From positions 264,373 through 328,372 of the forward strand of contig NZ_JMCB01000009.1 of the NCBI RefSeq assembly GCF_000737315.1: a DNA stretch of 64,000 bases. The letters run 5' to 3'. The position numbers were made by a program, and so were the translations under genes. Below the pieces are notes generated by a model, which saw only the letters and a program-made list of their open reading frames with translations, had not been told where the DNA came from and made no database searches. Below are positions 39,417-49,381 of the stretch, piece by piece (position 1 is the first letter of the stretch; each line of letters starts with the position of its first letter). Source of the DNA: Hyalangium minutum. GTDB taxonomy: Bacteria; Myxococcota; Myxococcia; Myxococcales; Myxococcaceae.

Positions 39417-41309
39417 ATGTCCAAGAAAATCCTCATCGTCGAAAGTGACTCTGCCCTCTCTTCCTCCCTGCGAGAGGCGCTCGAAGCCAGGGGTTTCGCG
39501 GTGGACGAAACCACCGACGGTAAGGGAAGCGTGGAGCAGATCCGGCGCGATCGCCCGGACCTCGTGGTGCTCGCGGTGGATCTGTCCGGTGGACAGAACG
39601 GCTACCTGATCTGCGGCAAGCTGAAGAAGGACGACGATCTCAAGAACGTCCCCATCGTCATCATCGGCAACCCGGACGGGTTCGCCGCGCACCGCAAGCT
39701 CAAGGCCCACGCGGACGAGTACGTGGCCAAGCCGGTGGACTCGGACCAGCTGGTGGACCGGGTGGGAGCGCTGATCGGCTTTCCTGAAGTCGTCGTCGGC
39801 GAGGTGGTCGAGGACGAGGGCCTCACGCTGGATGGGCTGACGGACGATGAGCCCATGGATGAGCCCCTCTCGCAAGACGAGCCCCTCGCCGAGGAGATCG
39901 CCGTCGAGAGTGAGCCGATCGCCAGCGCGAGCGAAGACCTGGACATGCTCGACGAGGCCTTCAGTGACATGGCCGGCACGGACAGCTCCACGGAGGAGGA
40001 GCCCGTGGTGGCGCCTCCAGAGGCCTCGGGGAATGACGAGGAGCTCGACGCGCTCGACAACCTGGGCAAGGACGCCGAGGACGCGCTGGACTCGCTGGGC
40101 GACGACGAAGAGAAGACGCAGATCGGCTTCATGGCGCCGGTGGTGCCGCTGACGCCCGCGCCGATTCCGGATCCGCCGAGGACGCCCTCGCGGCCCGCGA
40201 TGACGCTGCCGGCGGTGCCGGCCCCAAGCTCCACCTCCAAGTCCACGGCGGTGTCCGCGCCGGCGATGTCCGCGGCGGATGCGGCCGAGCTGCGCAACCT
40301 GCGCGCGAAGGTGGCGGAGCTGCAGAGCGCCCTGTCGGATGCGGAGGCTCAGGCCTCCACCGCGGAGAGCCGCGTCCAGGAGCTCGAGGGCAAGCTAGAG
40401 ACCCAGACCTCGGAGCTGGAAACGGCCAGGTCCGCGGCGGGCAAGAGCGACAAGGACTCGTTCGCGCTCAAGGACGCGGTCAACAAGAAGGACAAGGAGC
40501 TCCTCAGGCTCAAGAGCGAGATCAACCTCAAGGAGCAGGAGAAGGACAAGGAGATCTCCCGGCTCAAGGGCGAGCTGACGCAGAAGGAGCACGACTTCGT
40601 CGAGCTGCAGGACAAGCAGCTGGAGCTGGAGCGGCAGCACACCGAGTCCGCTGCGGAGATGGCCCGCCGCGACGCGCAGATCAAGACGCTGACCACCCGG
40701 GCGGATCAGCTCACCGCGGACAAGAAGAAGGTGGAGGTGCAGCTCACCGCCGCGAAGGAGGAGGCCCGCAGTGCCTCCTCGAAGCTCACCGCCCTGCAGG
40801 CCGAGGTGGACGCGCACCAGCAGCAACAGTCCGCGGTGGAGACAGAGCTGGAGGACCTGCGTGGCAGAGTCGGCCAGCTCGAGTCCGAGCTCGAGACGGC
40901 GCGCGGCGAGGCCAGCGAGCTGCGGGGCCAGGCTGAGAGCGCCCGCGAGGAGACGAGCGAGCTGCGCGGCCAGCTGGAGGCCGTGCAGTCCGAGCTGGAG
41001 ACGGCTAAGAGCGACGCGGAGATGGCCCGCACCGAGCTGGAGACGGTCCGCACCGAGCTGGAAACGGTCCGCACCGAGCTGGAGGGCCAGGCCGCCACCG
41101 CCGCCGAGGAGGCCGAGGGCCTGCGCAGGCGCATCTCCGAGCTGGAGGAGGCGGCGGTGCGCAACGAGGAGCGCGTGACGAAGCTCTACACGCGCATCAA
41201 GAACGACGAGAAGCTCCGCGAGCGCGCGAAGAAGGCGCTCGGCATCGCCCATCAGCTCCTGGAGGAGGCTCCCTCCGCCACGGAGGAGGCGGACGAGGCC
41301 GCGGCCTGA
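39417..41309 (+). CDS. frzS: pseudo-receiver plus coiled-coil social motility protein (FrzS)
   Basis: MSKKILIVESD...RPDLVVLAVDLSGGQNGYLICGKLKKDDDLK (phospho-Asp replaced by Ala), acidic/Pro linker, long coiled coil. Confidence 0.93.
   Translation: MSKKILIVESDSALSSSLREALEARGFAVDETTDGKGSVEQIRRDRPDLVVLAVDLSGGQNGYLICGKLKKDDDLKNVPIVIIGNPDGFAAHRKLKAHADEYVAKPVDSDQLVDRVGALIGFPEVVVGEVVEDEGLTLDGLTDDEPMDEPLSQDEPLAEEIAVESEPIASASEDLDMLDEAFSDMAGTDSSTEEEPVVAPPEASGNDEELDALDNLGKDAEDALDSLGDDEEKTQIGFMAPVVPLTPAPIPDPPRTPSRPAMTLPAVPAPSSTSKSTAVSAPAMSAADAAELRNLRAKVAELQSALSDAEAQASTAESRVQELEGKLETQTSELETARSAAGKSDKDSFALKDAVNKKDKELLRLKSEINLKEQEKDKEISRLKGELTQKEHDFVELQDKQLELERQHTESAAEMARRDAQIKTLTTRADQLTADKKKVEVQLTAAKEEARSASSKLTALQAEVDAHQQQQSAVETELEDLRGRVGQLESELETARGEASELRGQAESAREETSELRGQLEAVQSELETAKSDAEMARTELETVRTELETVRTELEGQAATAAEEAEGLRRRISELEEAAVRNEERVTKLYTRIKNDEKLRERAKKALGIAHQLLEEAPSATEEADEAAA
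41031..41084 (+). repeat. 21-bp tandem repeat (about 2.6 copies, TELETVR heptad) in frzS
   Basis: ACCGAGCTGGAGACGGTCCGC / ACCGAGCTGGAAACGGTCCGC / ACCGAGCTGGAG. Confidence 0.85.
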
Positions 41310-41363
41310 GTCCCCTCCCCCACGGGCCCCGGGCTGTAGCGCCGGGGCCTGCAGCGCCGGGAA

Positions 41364-42506
41364 CTACTTCTCTTCCTTCTTCGGCGTCTCCTTCTTCTCC
41401 ATCAGCTTCTTGGCGAAGGTGGCCACGCCCGCGGGCACGTTGCGGTCACGCGACAGATCCTTCAGCTCGCCGTCGCGCAGCGTGTTGAGGAACTTCATCA
41501 CCACCGTGAGCGGCACCTTGGGGTTCTTCACGAGCGCCAGCTTGATCTTCTGGTTCTTCGTCCACTCACGGTTGCCGTAGATGATGCGCAGCACCTCTTC
41601 GTTCACCGCGCGGTTCATGGCGCACGCGAGCACCTCGCCGTCGGTGATACGCGGGCTGCGGATCACCGCCGTGCACACCAGCTTGTTGGAGTCACGCAGC
41701 AGCAGCGTGCGCGCCTCCTTGTTGCCCAGCGTCCCCAGCTTGATCTTCTCGGCGATGCTCATCTTCATGATGCGCTGGGTGAGGTTCTGCTTCTTGGCCT
41801 CCTCCATCGGAGGGGCGTTCTCGTCCTGCTCCGAGGCGCCGTCCGCCTGCAGGTCCGCCATCACCTGCTCGGCCGTGGGGCCGGGATCCGGCGGCGCCGC
41901 GACGGCCTGAGGCCCGAACAGGCGCACCCGCGCCGCCTGCATCTGCGGCACATCCGCCAGCACGAGGCCGCTGCGCACCGCGAAGTCACACACCGAGTCG
42001 ATCAGCGCGGCGCTGGCGTTCGGGTTGCTGCACAGCCCGCGGATGACGTTCTCGTGGCGCAGCAGGCGCAGCTGGTTCTGGCCGACGATCTCCGCCAGCT
42101 TCGCGCTGCAGGTGGACGCCATGTCCGCCACCGCCTCGTCGGGCGTGGTGGGGTTGAGGACCAGCATCTCCGCGTAGAGGTCCTTCTCCTTCAGCAGCCC
42201 CAGGAACCAGCCGAGCACCGGGGCCTGGACGCCCTCATCGCGGAGCGCCGAGCTGAGGATCTTGTCCGGCAGCCCCACGGCGGACTTGGCCGCCGTGTCG
42301 CGCACGTTCTGCTCCGCGTCGTACGTGAGCATGTACAGCGCGCCCAGCATGTCCGAGGGATTGAGCGGTACCAGCGTCTTGGCCGCCATCATCCGCAGCG
42401 GCACCGGCGCGGCCGGATCCACATGCTTGCGCATGTTGGGCGGCAGGAACTCGGAGTTGAACGGACAGCCCGCCGGAGCGGGAGGAACGGGCGAGGCAGT
42501 CGTCAT
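41364..42506 (-). CDS. conserved hypothetical helical-repeat protein
   Basis: Coding-like Leu-rich helical sequence ([27 protein letters not shown]). Start overlaps the coaX stop. Confidence 0.8.
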   Translation of the reverse strand: MTTASPVPPAPAGCPFNSEFLPPNMRKHVDPAAPVPLRMMAAKTLVPLNPSDMLGALYMLTYDAEQNVRDTAAKSAVGLPDKILSSALRDEGVQAPVLGWFLGLLKEKDLYAEMLVLNPTTPDEAVADMASTCSAKLAEIVGQNQLRLLRHENVIRGLCSNPNASAALIDSVCDFAVRSGLVLADVPQMQAARVRLFGPQAVAAPPDPGPTAEQVMADLQADGASEQDENAPPMEEAKKQNLTQRIMKMSIAEKIKLGTLGNKEARTLLLRDSNKLVCTAVIRSPRITDGEVLACAMNRAVNEEVLRIIYGNREWTKNQKIKLALVKNPKVPLTVVMKFLNTLRDGELKDLSRDRNVPAGVATFAKKLMEKKETPKKEEK

Positions 42507-43273
42507 GACGCGTGATTCCTTCCGTAGATGATGCGCAGCCCCTCGAGCGTGAGGAACTCGTCGACTTCTTGAATGGCCTTGGACTCGCTGGCCACCAGCG
42601 GCGCCAAGCCGCCCGTGGCCACCACGCGCACGGGGAACCCCAGCTCCGTCTGCATCCGGTCGCAGATGCCGTCCACCAGCCCCACGTAACCGTAGACGAA
42701 GCCGGACTGCATGGAGTGCACGGTGTTGCGGCCCACCACGTGCGGAGGCCGGGCGAACTCCACCCTCGGCAGCTTCGAGGCGTTCTGGAACAGCGCCTCC
42801 ATGGAGATGTTGATGCCCGGGCAGATGGCCCCGCCCAGGTACTCGCCCTTGGGAGACACCGCATCGAACGTGGTGGCCGTGCCGAAGTCCACGACGATGA
42901 GCCCCGCGTGGTGCTTCTCGTACGCGGCCACCGAGTTGACGATCCGGTCCGCGCCCACCTCGCGCGGGTTGTCGTAGAGGATGGGCATGCCCGTCTTCAC
43001 GCCGGGCCCCACGAACATGGGCCGCGCCTTGAAGTAGCGCTCGCTCATCTTCTCCAGGTTGAACTGGAGCGGCGGCACCACGCTGGACACCGCCACGGAG
43101 TTCACCTTGTCCGGATCGATGCCGCTGTACTGGCAGCACTGGCGAACGAAGATGCCGTACTCGTCATAGGTGCGGCGGGCATTGGTCTCCATGCGCCAGT
43201 GCGCCAGGAGCTTCTTGCCGTCGTACACCCCAAACACGGTGTTGGTATTGCCGACGTCGATCGCGAGGAGCAT
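42503..43273 (-). CDS. coaX: type III pantothenate kinase
   Basis: [46 protein letters not shown]. Confidence 0.96.
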   Translation of the reverse strand: MLLAIDVGNTNTVFGVYDGKKLLAHWRMETNARRTYDEYGIFVRQCCQYSGIDPDKVNSVAVSSVVPPLQFNLEKMSERYFKARPMFVGPGVKTGMPILYDNPREVGADRIVNSVAAYEKHHAGLIVVDFGTATTFDAVSPKGEYLGGAICPGINISMEALFQNASKLPRVEFARPPHVVGRNTVHSMQSGFVYGYVGLVDGICDRMQTELGFPVRVVATGGLAPLVASESKAIQEVDEFLTLEGLRIIYGRNHAS

Positions 43274-43315
43274 CACACGCGCACTTTACCGCGAAGGCGC
43301 CTGCCGGGGACTTCT

Positions 43316-44332
43316 TCAGGAGGGACTGGCCCCCCGGGTACGAAGCCGCTCCACATCGCCCGAGAGCACCCGCTCGACCGAGCCGTCCTCCGTCCGCACC
43401 AGGAGCGCACCCGAGGCGTCAATGTCCTCGGCCCGTCCCCGGAATTCCCGGCGATCCGTGCGGACCCGCACGTCCTGCCCCAGCGTGGAGGACAGCTCCT
43501 TCCACCGTTGCCGGACTGCGGCGAAGCCCACCTCCTGGTGCAGATCCAGCCACTCTTCCAGCCGGTTCCACAAAGAGGCGGCCAACAGCGCCCGGGGTAC
43601 CCGCTGTCCGCGCACCATCGCCAGCGAGGTGGCCGTGTCGCGCAGGTCCTCCGGGAAGTGCTCCGGCTGAGCGTTGAGGTTCACCCCCACCCCGAGCACC
43701 ACGAAGTGCACGCGGTCGGGCTCGGCGGACAGCTCCGTGAGGATGCCCGCCACCTTGCGCCCATCGATCTGGACGTCGTTGGGCCACTTGATGAAGGCCT
43801 CGCCGCCGGCCTCGCGCAGCACCTCGGTGAGCGCTACGGCGGCCACCAGCGTCAGCTCGGGCGCGCGTTGCGGCGGCAGCTCCGGACGGAGGATGGCGGA
43901 GAAGTACAGGTTGAGCCCCGGCGGAGACACCCACACGCGGCCACGGCGGCCCTTGCCCGCCGTCTGCTGCTCCGTCACCACCACCTCGCCGTGCTCGGCG
44001 CCGTCATGCGCCAGCCGGAACGCCAGCTCGTTCGTGGAGCCAAGCGTCTCGTGGAAGTGGATGGCGCGGCCCAGATCGTGCGTGGACAGCAGCGGCGCCA
44101 GCTCCAGCTGCGTGAGCCGATCCGGGACTTCGACCAGCCGGTAGCCGCGCGCGGGCACGGCCTCGATGCGGTAACCCTTGCCGCGCAGCGCCTCCACGTG
44201 CTTCCACACGGCGGTGCGCGACAGGCCCAGCTTGCTGGAGAGCGCTTCGCCAGAGGTGAAGTCCTCGCCGCTCTCGGCGAGGAAGCCCAGGATCAATTCT
44301 TCCTGTGTCTGCTCGGCAGTCTCGGGAGCCAC
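43316..44332 (-). CDS. birA: bifunctional biotin--[acetyl-CoA-carboxylase] ligase/repressor
   Basis: HTH SGEALSSKLGLSRTAVWKHV, STNE, QTAGKGRRGRVW, KWPND, KVAGILTE. Confidence 0.95.
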   Translation of the reverse strand: MAPETAEQTQEELILGFLAESGEDFTSGEALSSKLGLSRTAVWKHVEALRGKGYRIEAVPARGYRLVEVPDRLTQLELAPLLSTHDLGRAIHFHETLGSTNELAFRLAHDGAEHGEVVVTEQQTAGKGRRGRVWVSPPGLNLYFSAILRPELPPQRAPELTLVAAVALTEVLREAGGEAFIKWPNDVQIDGRKVAGILTELSAEPDRVHFVVLGVGVNLNAQPEHFPEDLRDTATSLAMVRGQRVPRALLAASLWNRLEEWLDLHQEVGFAAVRQRWKELSSTLGQDVRVRTDRREFRGRAEDIDASGALLVRTEDGSVERVLSGDVERLRTRGASPS

Positions 44333-44438
44333 GCGCGGCCTCTTCGGGAAAGGGACGTTCAGGGTACGGAGCGCCGCCTCGGCACGCAACGGACCCTGAC
44401 CGCTCGGGAAGAAGCCTGCCTGTCCGCCTGCTCAGCGG

Positions 44439-45758
44439 CTAACTGCGCAGCACCCCAGGCCCCTCTTCAATCCGGATAACCTGGGTAGGAGAACGTGTGC
44501 TGGCCAGCCCGTCGATCCACTTCACCGCGGACTGGACGTCCTGCTCGCGGGCCGAGTGGCTGAAGACGACGATGGTGGCGTGGGGATCCTCGGGCCGGGA
44601 CGGGCGCTGGATGACGGAGGCCAGGCTGACGCCCTTCTCGCCGAGCACCGTGGCGATGCGCCCGAGCACTCCGGGCTCGTCGCTCACGGAGAAGCGCAGG
44701 TAGTACGGGCCGCGCCGCTGGGTGGAGGGGATGAGGGACACGTCCTGGAGGTACGGCGAGCACAGCATGGGCAGCCGGCCCGAGACGCCCGCCAGCAGGT
44801 TGCGGCAGATGTCGATGATGTCCGAGACCACGGCACTGCCGGTGGGCAGCGAGCCCGCGCCAAGCCCCGAGAACAGCGAGGCTCCCAACGCCGCCGACTG
44901 GAGCAGCACCGCGTTGAAGGCGCCGCGCACGTCCGCCAGCGGGCTGGCCTGGGGGATGAAGGCCGGGTGCACGCGCACGTCCAGGCCCTCGGACAGGCGC
45001 CGGGCGGTGGCCAGCAGCTTGAGCACATAGCCCGCCTCGCGGCCCAGGGTGATGTCCACCGGGCGCAGCGAGGTGATGCCCTCCACGTGCACCTGCTCGG
45101 GAGACACGCGCGCGGCGAACGCCAGCGAGGCCAGCAGGCACAGCTTCTGCGCCGCGTCCATGCCACCCACGTCCATCGTGGGGTCCGCCTCGGCAAAGCC
45201 CAGCTTCTGCGCCTGAGCGAGCGCGTCCTCGTACGTGGCGCCCTCATCGGCCATGGCCGAGAGGATGAAGTTGGTCGTCCCGTTCACGATGCCGTGGATG
45301 GAGGACACGCGGTCCGACGCCAGGGCCTCGCGCAGGGTGCGGATGATGGGGATGCCGCCACAGACGGCACCCTCGAAGTGCAGGTCCACGCCGCGCGAGA
45401 GCGCCTGCGAGAACAGCTGCTCCCCGTGCGCATTGAGCAGGGCCTTGTTGGCGGTGACGACGTTGCGGCCGGAGGCGATGGAGCGCTCCAGGTACTCCTT
45501 CGCGGGAGCCAGTCCGCCCATGACCTCCACGACGATGGACACCTCGGGGTCATTCAGGATGGTGCCAATGTCCCGGGTGATGAGCGAGGCGGGCACGTCC
45601 TCGGGCCGGGAGCGTCCCCCGTCCCTCACCAGGATGTGACGCACGCGGACCTTCGCCCCGAGGCGCCGCTCGATGTCACGGGCATGGTCAGCAAGGATCC
45701 GGTACGTCCCGAGCCCTACGTTGCCCAGGCCCAGCAGCGCGATGCCAATCTCTTTCAT
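44439..45758 (-). CDS. hom: homoserine dehydrogenase with C-terminal ACT domain
   Basis: LLGLGNVG, VVTANKA, FEGAVCGGIP, GIVNGTTNFIL, AEADPTMDVGG.D, DEPGVLGRIA. Confidence 0.95.
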   Translation of the reverse strand: MKEIGIALLGLGNVGLGTYRILADHARDIERRLGAKVRVRHILVRDGGRSRPEDVPASLITRDIGTILNDPEVSIVVEVMGGLAPAKEYLERSIASGRNVVTANKALLNAHGEQLFSQALSRGVDLHFEGAVCGGIPIIRTLREALASDRVSSIHGIVNGTTNFILSAMADEGATYEDALAQAQKLGFAEADPTMDVGGMDAAQKLCLLASLAFAARVSPEQVHVEGITSLRPVDITLGREAGYVLKLLATARRLSEGLDVRVHPAFIPQASPLADVRGAFNAVLLQSAALGASLFSGLGAGSLPTGSAVVSDIIDICRNLLAGVSGRLPMLCSPYLQDVSLIPSTQRRGPYYLRFSVSDEPGVLGRIATVLGEKGVSLASVIQRPSRPEDPHATIVVFSHSAREQDVQSAVKWIDGLASTRSPTQVIRIEEGPGVLRS

Positions 45759-45766
45759 ATGCTCCC

Positions 45767-46363
45767 TCAGCCCTGCCCAGGCTTCTGGACCTGGTAGGAC
45801 GTCAGCTCCAGCCACGTCTGCGGAATGCGCCGGCCGCCGCGCTCGGCATCCACCTGAATGCGGACCAGGCCCACGCCGGGCGCGAAGGTGAAGGTGTTGA
45901 CCAGGGTGGTCTCCTGGTCCACGCGGTTGCGGGCCTCCACCCGGACACAGTCCTGGAACGTCCCCGCCGGGGCCTCGCAGGGGATACCGGCCTGGACGAT
46001 CTCATAGCGCTCGGTGGAGGAGACGGACACCACGTTGCTCCACGAGCGCCCCGGCTCCACGGGCCCGCGCAGCAGGTAGCGCTTCTGATCGCGGATCCCG
46101 AAGCTGTCCACCATGAGCTGGCCGCCCTGGCTGTCGTGGAAGAAGCCCTCCTCTTCCTTGAGGATCTTCACGTCCACGTTCTTGTCGCCGCGGCCATTGA
46201 CCCGGTAGCTCCAGCGGTTGCCCACCGCCAGCGGGTAGTAGTCGCTCAGGTGGGCCGAGTCCCTCGGCTTCTCCTCCACCGGTGCCGGCGTGCTCGCACA
46301 GCCACCCCACCCCAAGGCCAGGGTCACCAGGACCAGGCCGCCCACCACTGAAGAAACCTTCAT
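45767..46363 (-). CDS. hypothetical lipoprotein
   Basis: Leader ending WGGC; YYPLAVGNRWSY and FAPGVGLV motifs. Confidence 0.75.
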   Translation of the reverse strand: MKVSSVVGGLVLVTLALGWGGCASTPAPVEEKPRDSAHLSDYYPLAVGNRWSYRVNGRGDKNVDVKILKEEEGFFHDSQGGQLMVDSFGIRDQKRYLLRGPVEPGRSWSNVVSVSSTERYEIVQAGIPCEAPAGTFQDCVRVEARNRVDQETTLVNTFTFAPGVGLVRIQVDAERGGRRIPQTWLELTSYQVQKPGQG

Positions 46364-46364
46364 C

Positions 46365-47279
46365 TCAATGCTCCGCGTGTTCCGGCCCACGCGCCTCGGG
46401 TGTCGAGTGCTTGCGTGAAGCGTAGAGTGTGTCCAGTGCCTGCTGCGCCGCGGCCTGGATGGTGGGCTGATCGTGCCCCTGTGCCACGGTGTAGAGGTAC
46501 GCCTCCGCCTCCGTACCGCCGATCTCTCCCAGCGCGAAGACGATCTCCTGCAGGAATCCCACGTCCTTGCCTCGGGACAAATCAATCAGCGCGGGCACGG
46601 CGCTCGCCGCGCGCATCTCCACCAGCGCGCCAATGGCCCGCCGCACCGTGTCCGGGTCGGACGACTTGAGCTGCTCGAGGAGCAGGGGCGCGGCGGCCGG
46701 GTGGCGGCGCTCGGCCAGGGTGCGCAGGGCGAACTCGCGGACGCGCGGATCCGAGGTCTGGAGATCCTGCACCAGCGCGCCGCTGTCCCGATCCACCGCG
46801 GACAGCTGCAGCACGGCCGACTCGGTCACCTGGCGCAGCGCGCCCTCGAGCGCCTCGCGCAGCGCCGTGCGCCGCGCCCCGGGCGTCTCGTTGAGCATGC
46901 GAATCTCTCCCAGGCCGACCACCTCATAGCGCTCGGGCAGGTCGCCGCCGAAGCGCTCCAGCACCAGCGTGGCGCCGACCTCGGCGTAGGTGTGCTGGCC
47001 GTCGTCCTTCAGCACCTCGCGGGTGAAGGGCAGCTCCAACGTGATGCGCCAGGGGCGCTGCTGGCCCAGCGACTTGCCCTCGGTGAACTCGAAGCGCTTG
47101 CGCGCCTCCAGGGACTGGCGGAGCAGGGCCTTCACCTGCTCGGGCCCCAGCCCCAGCTGGGAGTTGTCCGTCAGCGTGGCGCCAGAGAGGCGCATCTCCT
47201 CGACCGGGTAGCGTGGCCCCGGGTCGCGACAGGCACCCAGCAGCAGGACACAGGCGGTGAGGAGCAGGGCCGACTTCAT
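46365..47279 (-). CDS. HEAT-repeat lipoprotein
   Basis: Lipobox LGAC; HEAT-like repeats (VREFALRTL, VRRAIGAL, VFALGEIGG). Confidence 0.82.
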   Translation of the reverse strand: MKSALLLTACVLLLGACRDPGPRYPVEEMRLSGATLTDNSQLGLGPEQVKALLRQSLEARKRFEFTEGKSLGQQRPWRITLELPFTREVLKDDGQHTYAEVGATLVLERFGGDLPERYEVVGLGEIRMLNETPGARRTALREALEGALRQVTESAVLQLSAVDRDSGALVQDLQTSDPRVREFALRTLAERRHPAAAPLLLEQLKSSDPDTVRRAIGALVEMRAASAVPALIDLSRGKDVGFLQEIVFALGEIGGTEAEAYLYTVAQGHDQPTIQAAAQQALDTLYASRKHSTPEARGPEHAEH

Positions 47280-47326
47280 GGCCCTCTTAAGGTACTCCAC
47301 TCCACCCGCCCGCGTCCCAAGTTGCG

Positions 47327-49270
47327 TCAGGAGGGACTCCCCTCGGACGAGCCGCTACTCGGTGGAGGTGGGGGTGGCTCCGACGCCCGGGGAGCCTCTG
47401 CCCCCGAGGAAGGCGCACTCTCACCCCCCGAAGGAGCAGCCGAGGCGGACGCGGAGCCCTCCGAAGGCGCTCCTCCCGCGGCGGCCGCACCCGGGGCTCC
47501 AGGGGCACCCTGCGCCCCACCCTCAGCACCCTTGCTGCCACGGCCGCGACGGCCCCGGCGGCGGCGGCGGCGGCGCTTGCGGTCTCCCGGAGCGGCGCCT
47601 CCCTCGGCGGGAGCAGCCCCCTCGGGACGGCCGGCGCCAGCCACGAACGCGCTGGCAGCCTCGAGATCCTCGTCGTCGCCCTCCTCGTCGTCCTCCTCGT
47701 CACCCTCCTCCTCGGACTCGGAGGCAGCCTCGGCGGAGGCCGGAGCGGAAGCCGAGGGAGCCACGCTGCGCACCTTCTCGCCCTCCTCGGACTTCGGCTC
47801 CTCGGCGGTCGACGACTCCTCCTCGGAGTCTGCCTCTGCCTCTGCTTCGAACTCGGACTCTGCCTTGGCCTTGAACTTGGACTTGGACGCGGACTTCTTC
47901 CGGGGAGCCTCTTCGCCGCCCTCGTCCTTGGCCTGCTTCTTCTCGCGCTGGCGCTCCTCGCGGCGCTTCTGGGCCTCCTCTGCGTCCAGCCGCGCGGCCT
48001 CGAAGAAGCGGTCGTCGATGTCGAACAGCTCCACCTGGGTGACGGTGACGGCGGTCTTCGCATCGAGGAACTTCTCCCCGAGCGCGTCCCCGCACCACAG
48101 CATCACCAGCGCGCCGCTGGCCTGGGCCTCGGAGCGCGCGTCGCCGCGCACATCGCCCGCGCTCACGAGCAGGCCCACCTGCGCCGAGTAGTGGCCCAGG
48201 TCGCGCCGCAACTCCTGCACCATCTTCCGATCGATGGAGGCGTTGCCCTTGAGCATCCGCACGGCGTAGCGCAGCTCCACGCTGCCCTCGCGCTTGCGCG
48301 CGGTGAGCAGCGGGCCTTCCTTGGAGCGCTTGGCCACCTTGAGCTCGCGGAAGTGCAGCGCGTGCATCATCTTCACGACGGACTTCTCGAAGGTGCCCAC
48401 GTCCGCGTCGCCCAGGCGCTTGCGCAGCCCGCGCGCCACGGCCCGCCGGGCGTCCTTGAGCGTCGTCTTGAGCGTGGTGAGCAGCGCCTGATCCACCAGC
48501 GGCTCGCCCGCCACGGCCGCCACGGCCTTGGCCAGCACCGGGCGCCCATCCTCCAACGGGATGCCCAGCGCGGCGGCGAACGCGGCCTGCAGATCCAGCG
48601 GAGGCGGCTCACTGGGCGAGCCCGCGCGCTCCAGCGTCACCACCTCGCTCGTGTGCTTGTTGAAGGCAAACTGGGGACGGCGGCCCGCGTCGATGCGGCG
48701 CTGGTTGTCCTCCAGCAGCGCGGTGAGCACCACCTCCACGGTGACGTCCTCGGCGCACAGCTCGCGGCCCCGGGCGCGCTCGATGAGCTGCTCGGCGCGC
48801 AGGCCACCCTCGCCCTCGCTGAGGATCTCGAACACCACCTCGGGAAGCGGCGGGAAGCGGCGCTTGCGGCCCTTCTGCTCCTCCTCCTCCTCTCGGCGGC
48901 GCTTGCGCTCACTGCCACGGCCCGCCACCCGCACGTTGTCCCCGCGCGGATCCGGATGACGCTCCACCGGCCTCAGCGGCGGCAGCTCCTCCTCCGGGTT
49001 GGGCTCCACCACACCTGTCTGCGCCAACGCCTCCACATCCTCCGGCACCGACCAGTCCGCCAGCGCGAACGTGTCCTTCGCCGTCACGATCACCTTGCGA
49101 TCCCGAGTCCTTCGTGCCATCGCCGCAAGACGCGACAGCATGGTCATCTCAGGCGTCTTGCCGACGTGGGACAGCAGGTTCTGGGCGATGGACTTCTCGG
49201 TGATTTCCAGAAAGTGGAGGGGACGACCTTCGCTCTCCAGGATCCGGAGCGCGGCCTCGTAAAATGTCAT
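47327..49270 (-). CDS. HARE-HTH domain protein with degenerate Mrr-like endonuclease fold and acidic/Arg-rich tail
   Basis: MTFYEAALRILESEGRPLHFLEIT..GKTPE.TM..RL (HARE-HTH), a second HTH-like segment, an Mrr_cat-like block, then low-complexity E/D and poly-R tracts. Confidence 0.8.
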   Translation of the reverse strand: MTFYEAALRILESEGRPLHFLEITEKSIAQNLLSHVGKTPEMTMLSRLAAMARRTRDRKVIVTAKDTFALADWSVPEDVEALAQTGVVEPNPEEELPPLRPVERHPDPRGDNVRVAGRGSERKRRREEEEEQKGRKRRFPPLPEVVFEILSEGEGGLRAEQLIERARGRELCAEDVTVEVVLTALLEDNQRRIDAGRRPQFAFNKHTSEVVTLERAGSPSEPPPLDLQAAFAAALGIPLEDGRPVLAKAVAAVAGEPLVDQALLTTLKTTLKDARRAVARGLRKRLGDADVGTFEKSVVKMMHALHFRELKVAKRSKEGPLLTARKREGSVELRYAVRMLKGNASIDRKMVQELRRDLGHYSAQVGLLVSAGDVRGDARSEAQASGALVMLWCGDALGEKFLDAKTAVTVTQVELFDIDDRFFEAARLDAEEAQKRREERQREKKQAKDEGGEEAPRKKSASKSKFKAKAESEFEAEAEADSEEESSTAEEPKSEEGEKVRSVAPSASAPASAEAASESEEEGDEEDDEEGDDEDLEAASAFVAGAGRPEGAAPAEGGAAPGDRKRRRRRRRGRRGRGSKGAEGGAQGAPGAPGAAAAGGAPSEGSASASAAPSGGESAPSSGAEAPRASEPPPPPPSSGSSEGSPS

Positions 49271-49328
49271 CGACTATTCCCCAAGAATTTCGAACGGTTA
49301 CAAAAATGTAGGTCCGTATGGGCGGCGG

Positions 49329-49358
49329 ATGGTAGCCACCGCTATTCTGGCTTGTCAA
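49329..49358 (-). promoter_or_regulatory. putative sigma-A promoter for the HARE-HTH gene
   Basis: Minus strand TTGACA-N18-TACCAT, about 60 bp upstream of ATG 49270. Confidence 0.5.
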
Positions 49359-49381
49359 CGAATGGAGATCGAAGGGAAAGG

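Noticed and set aside
39417-39790. FrzS receiver lacking the phospho-acceptor Asp
   Set aside because: This is an already established property of FrzS, not novel.
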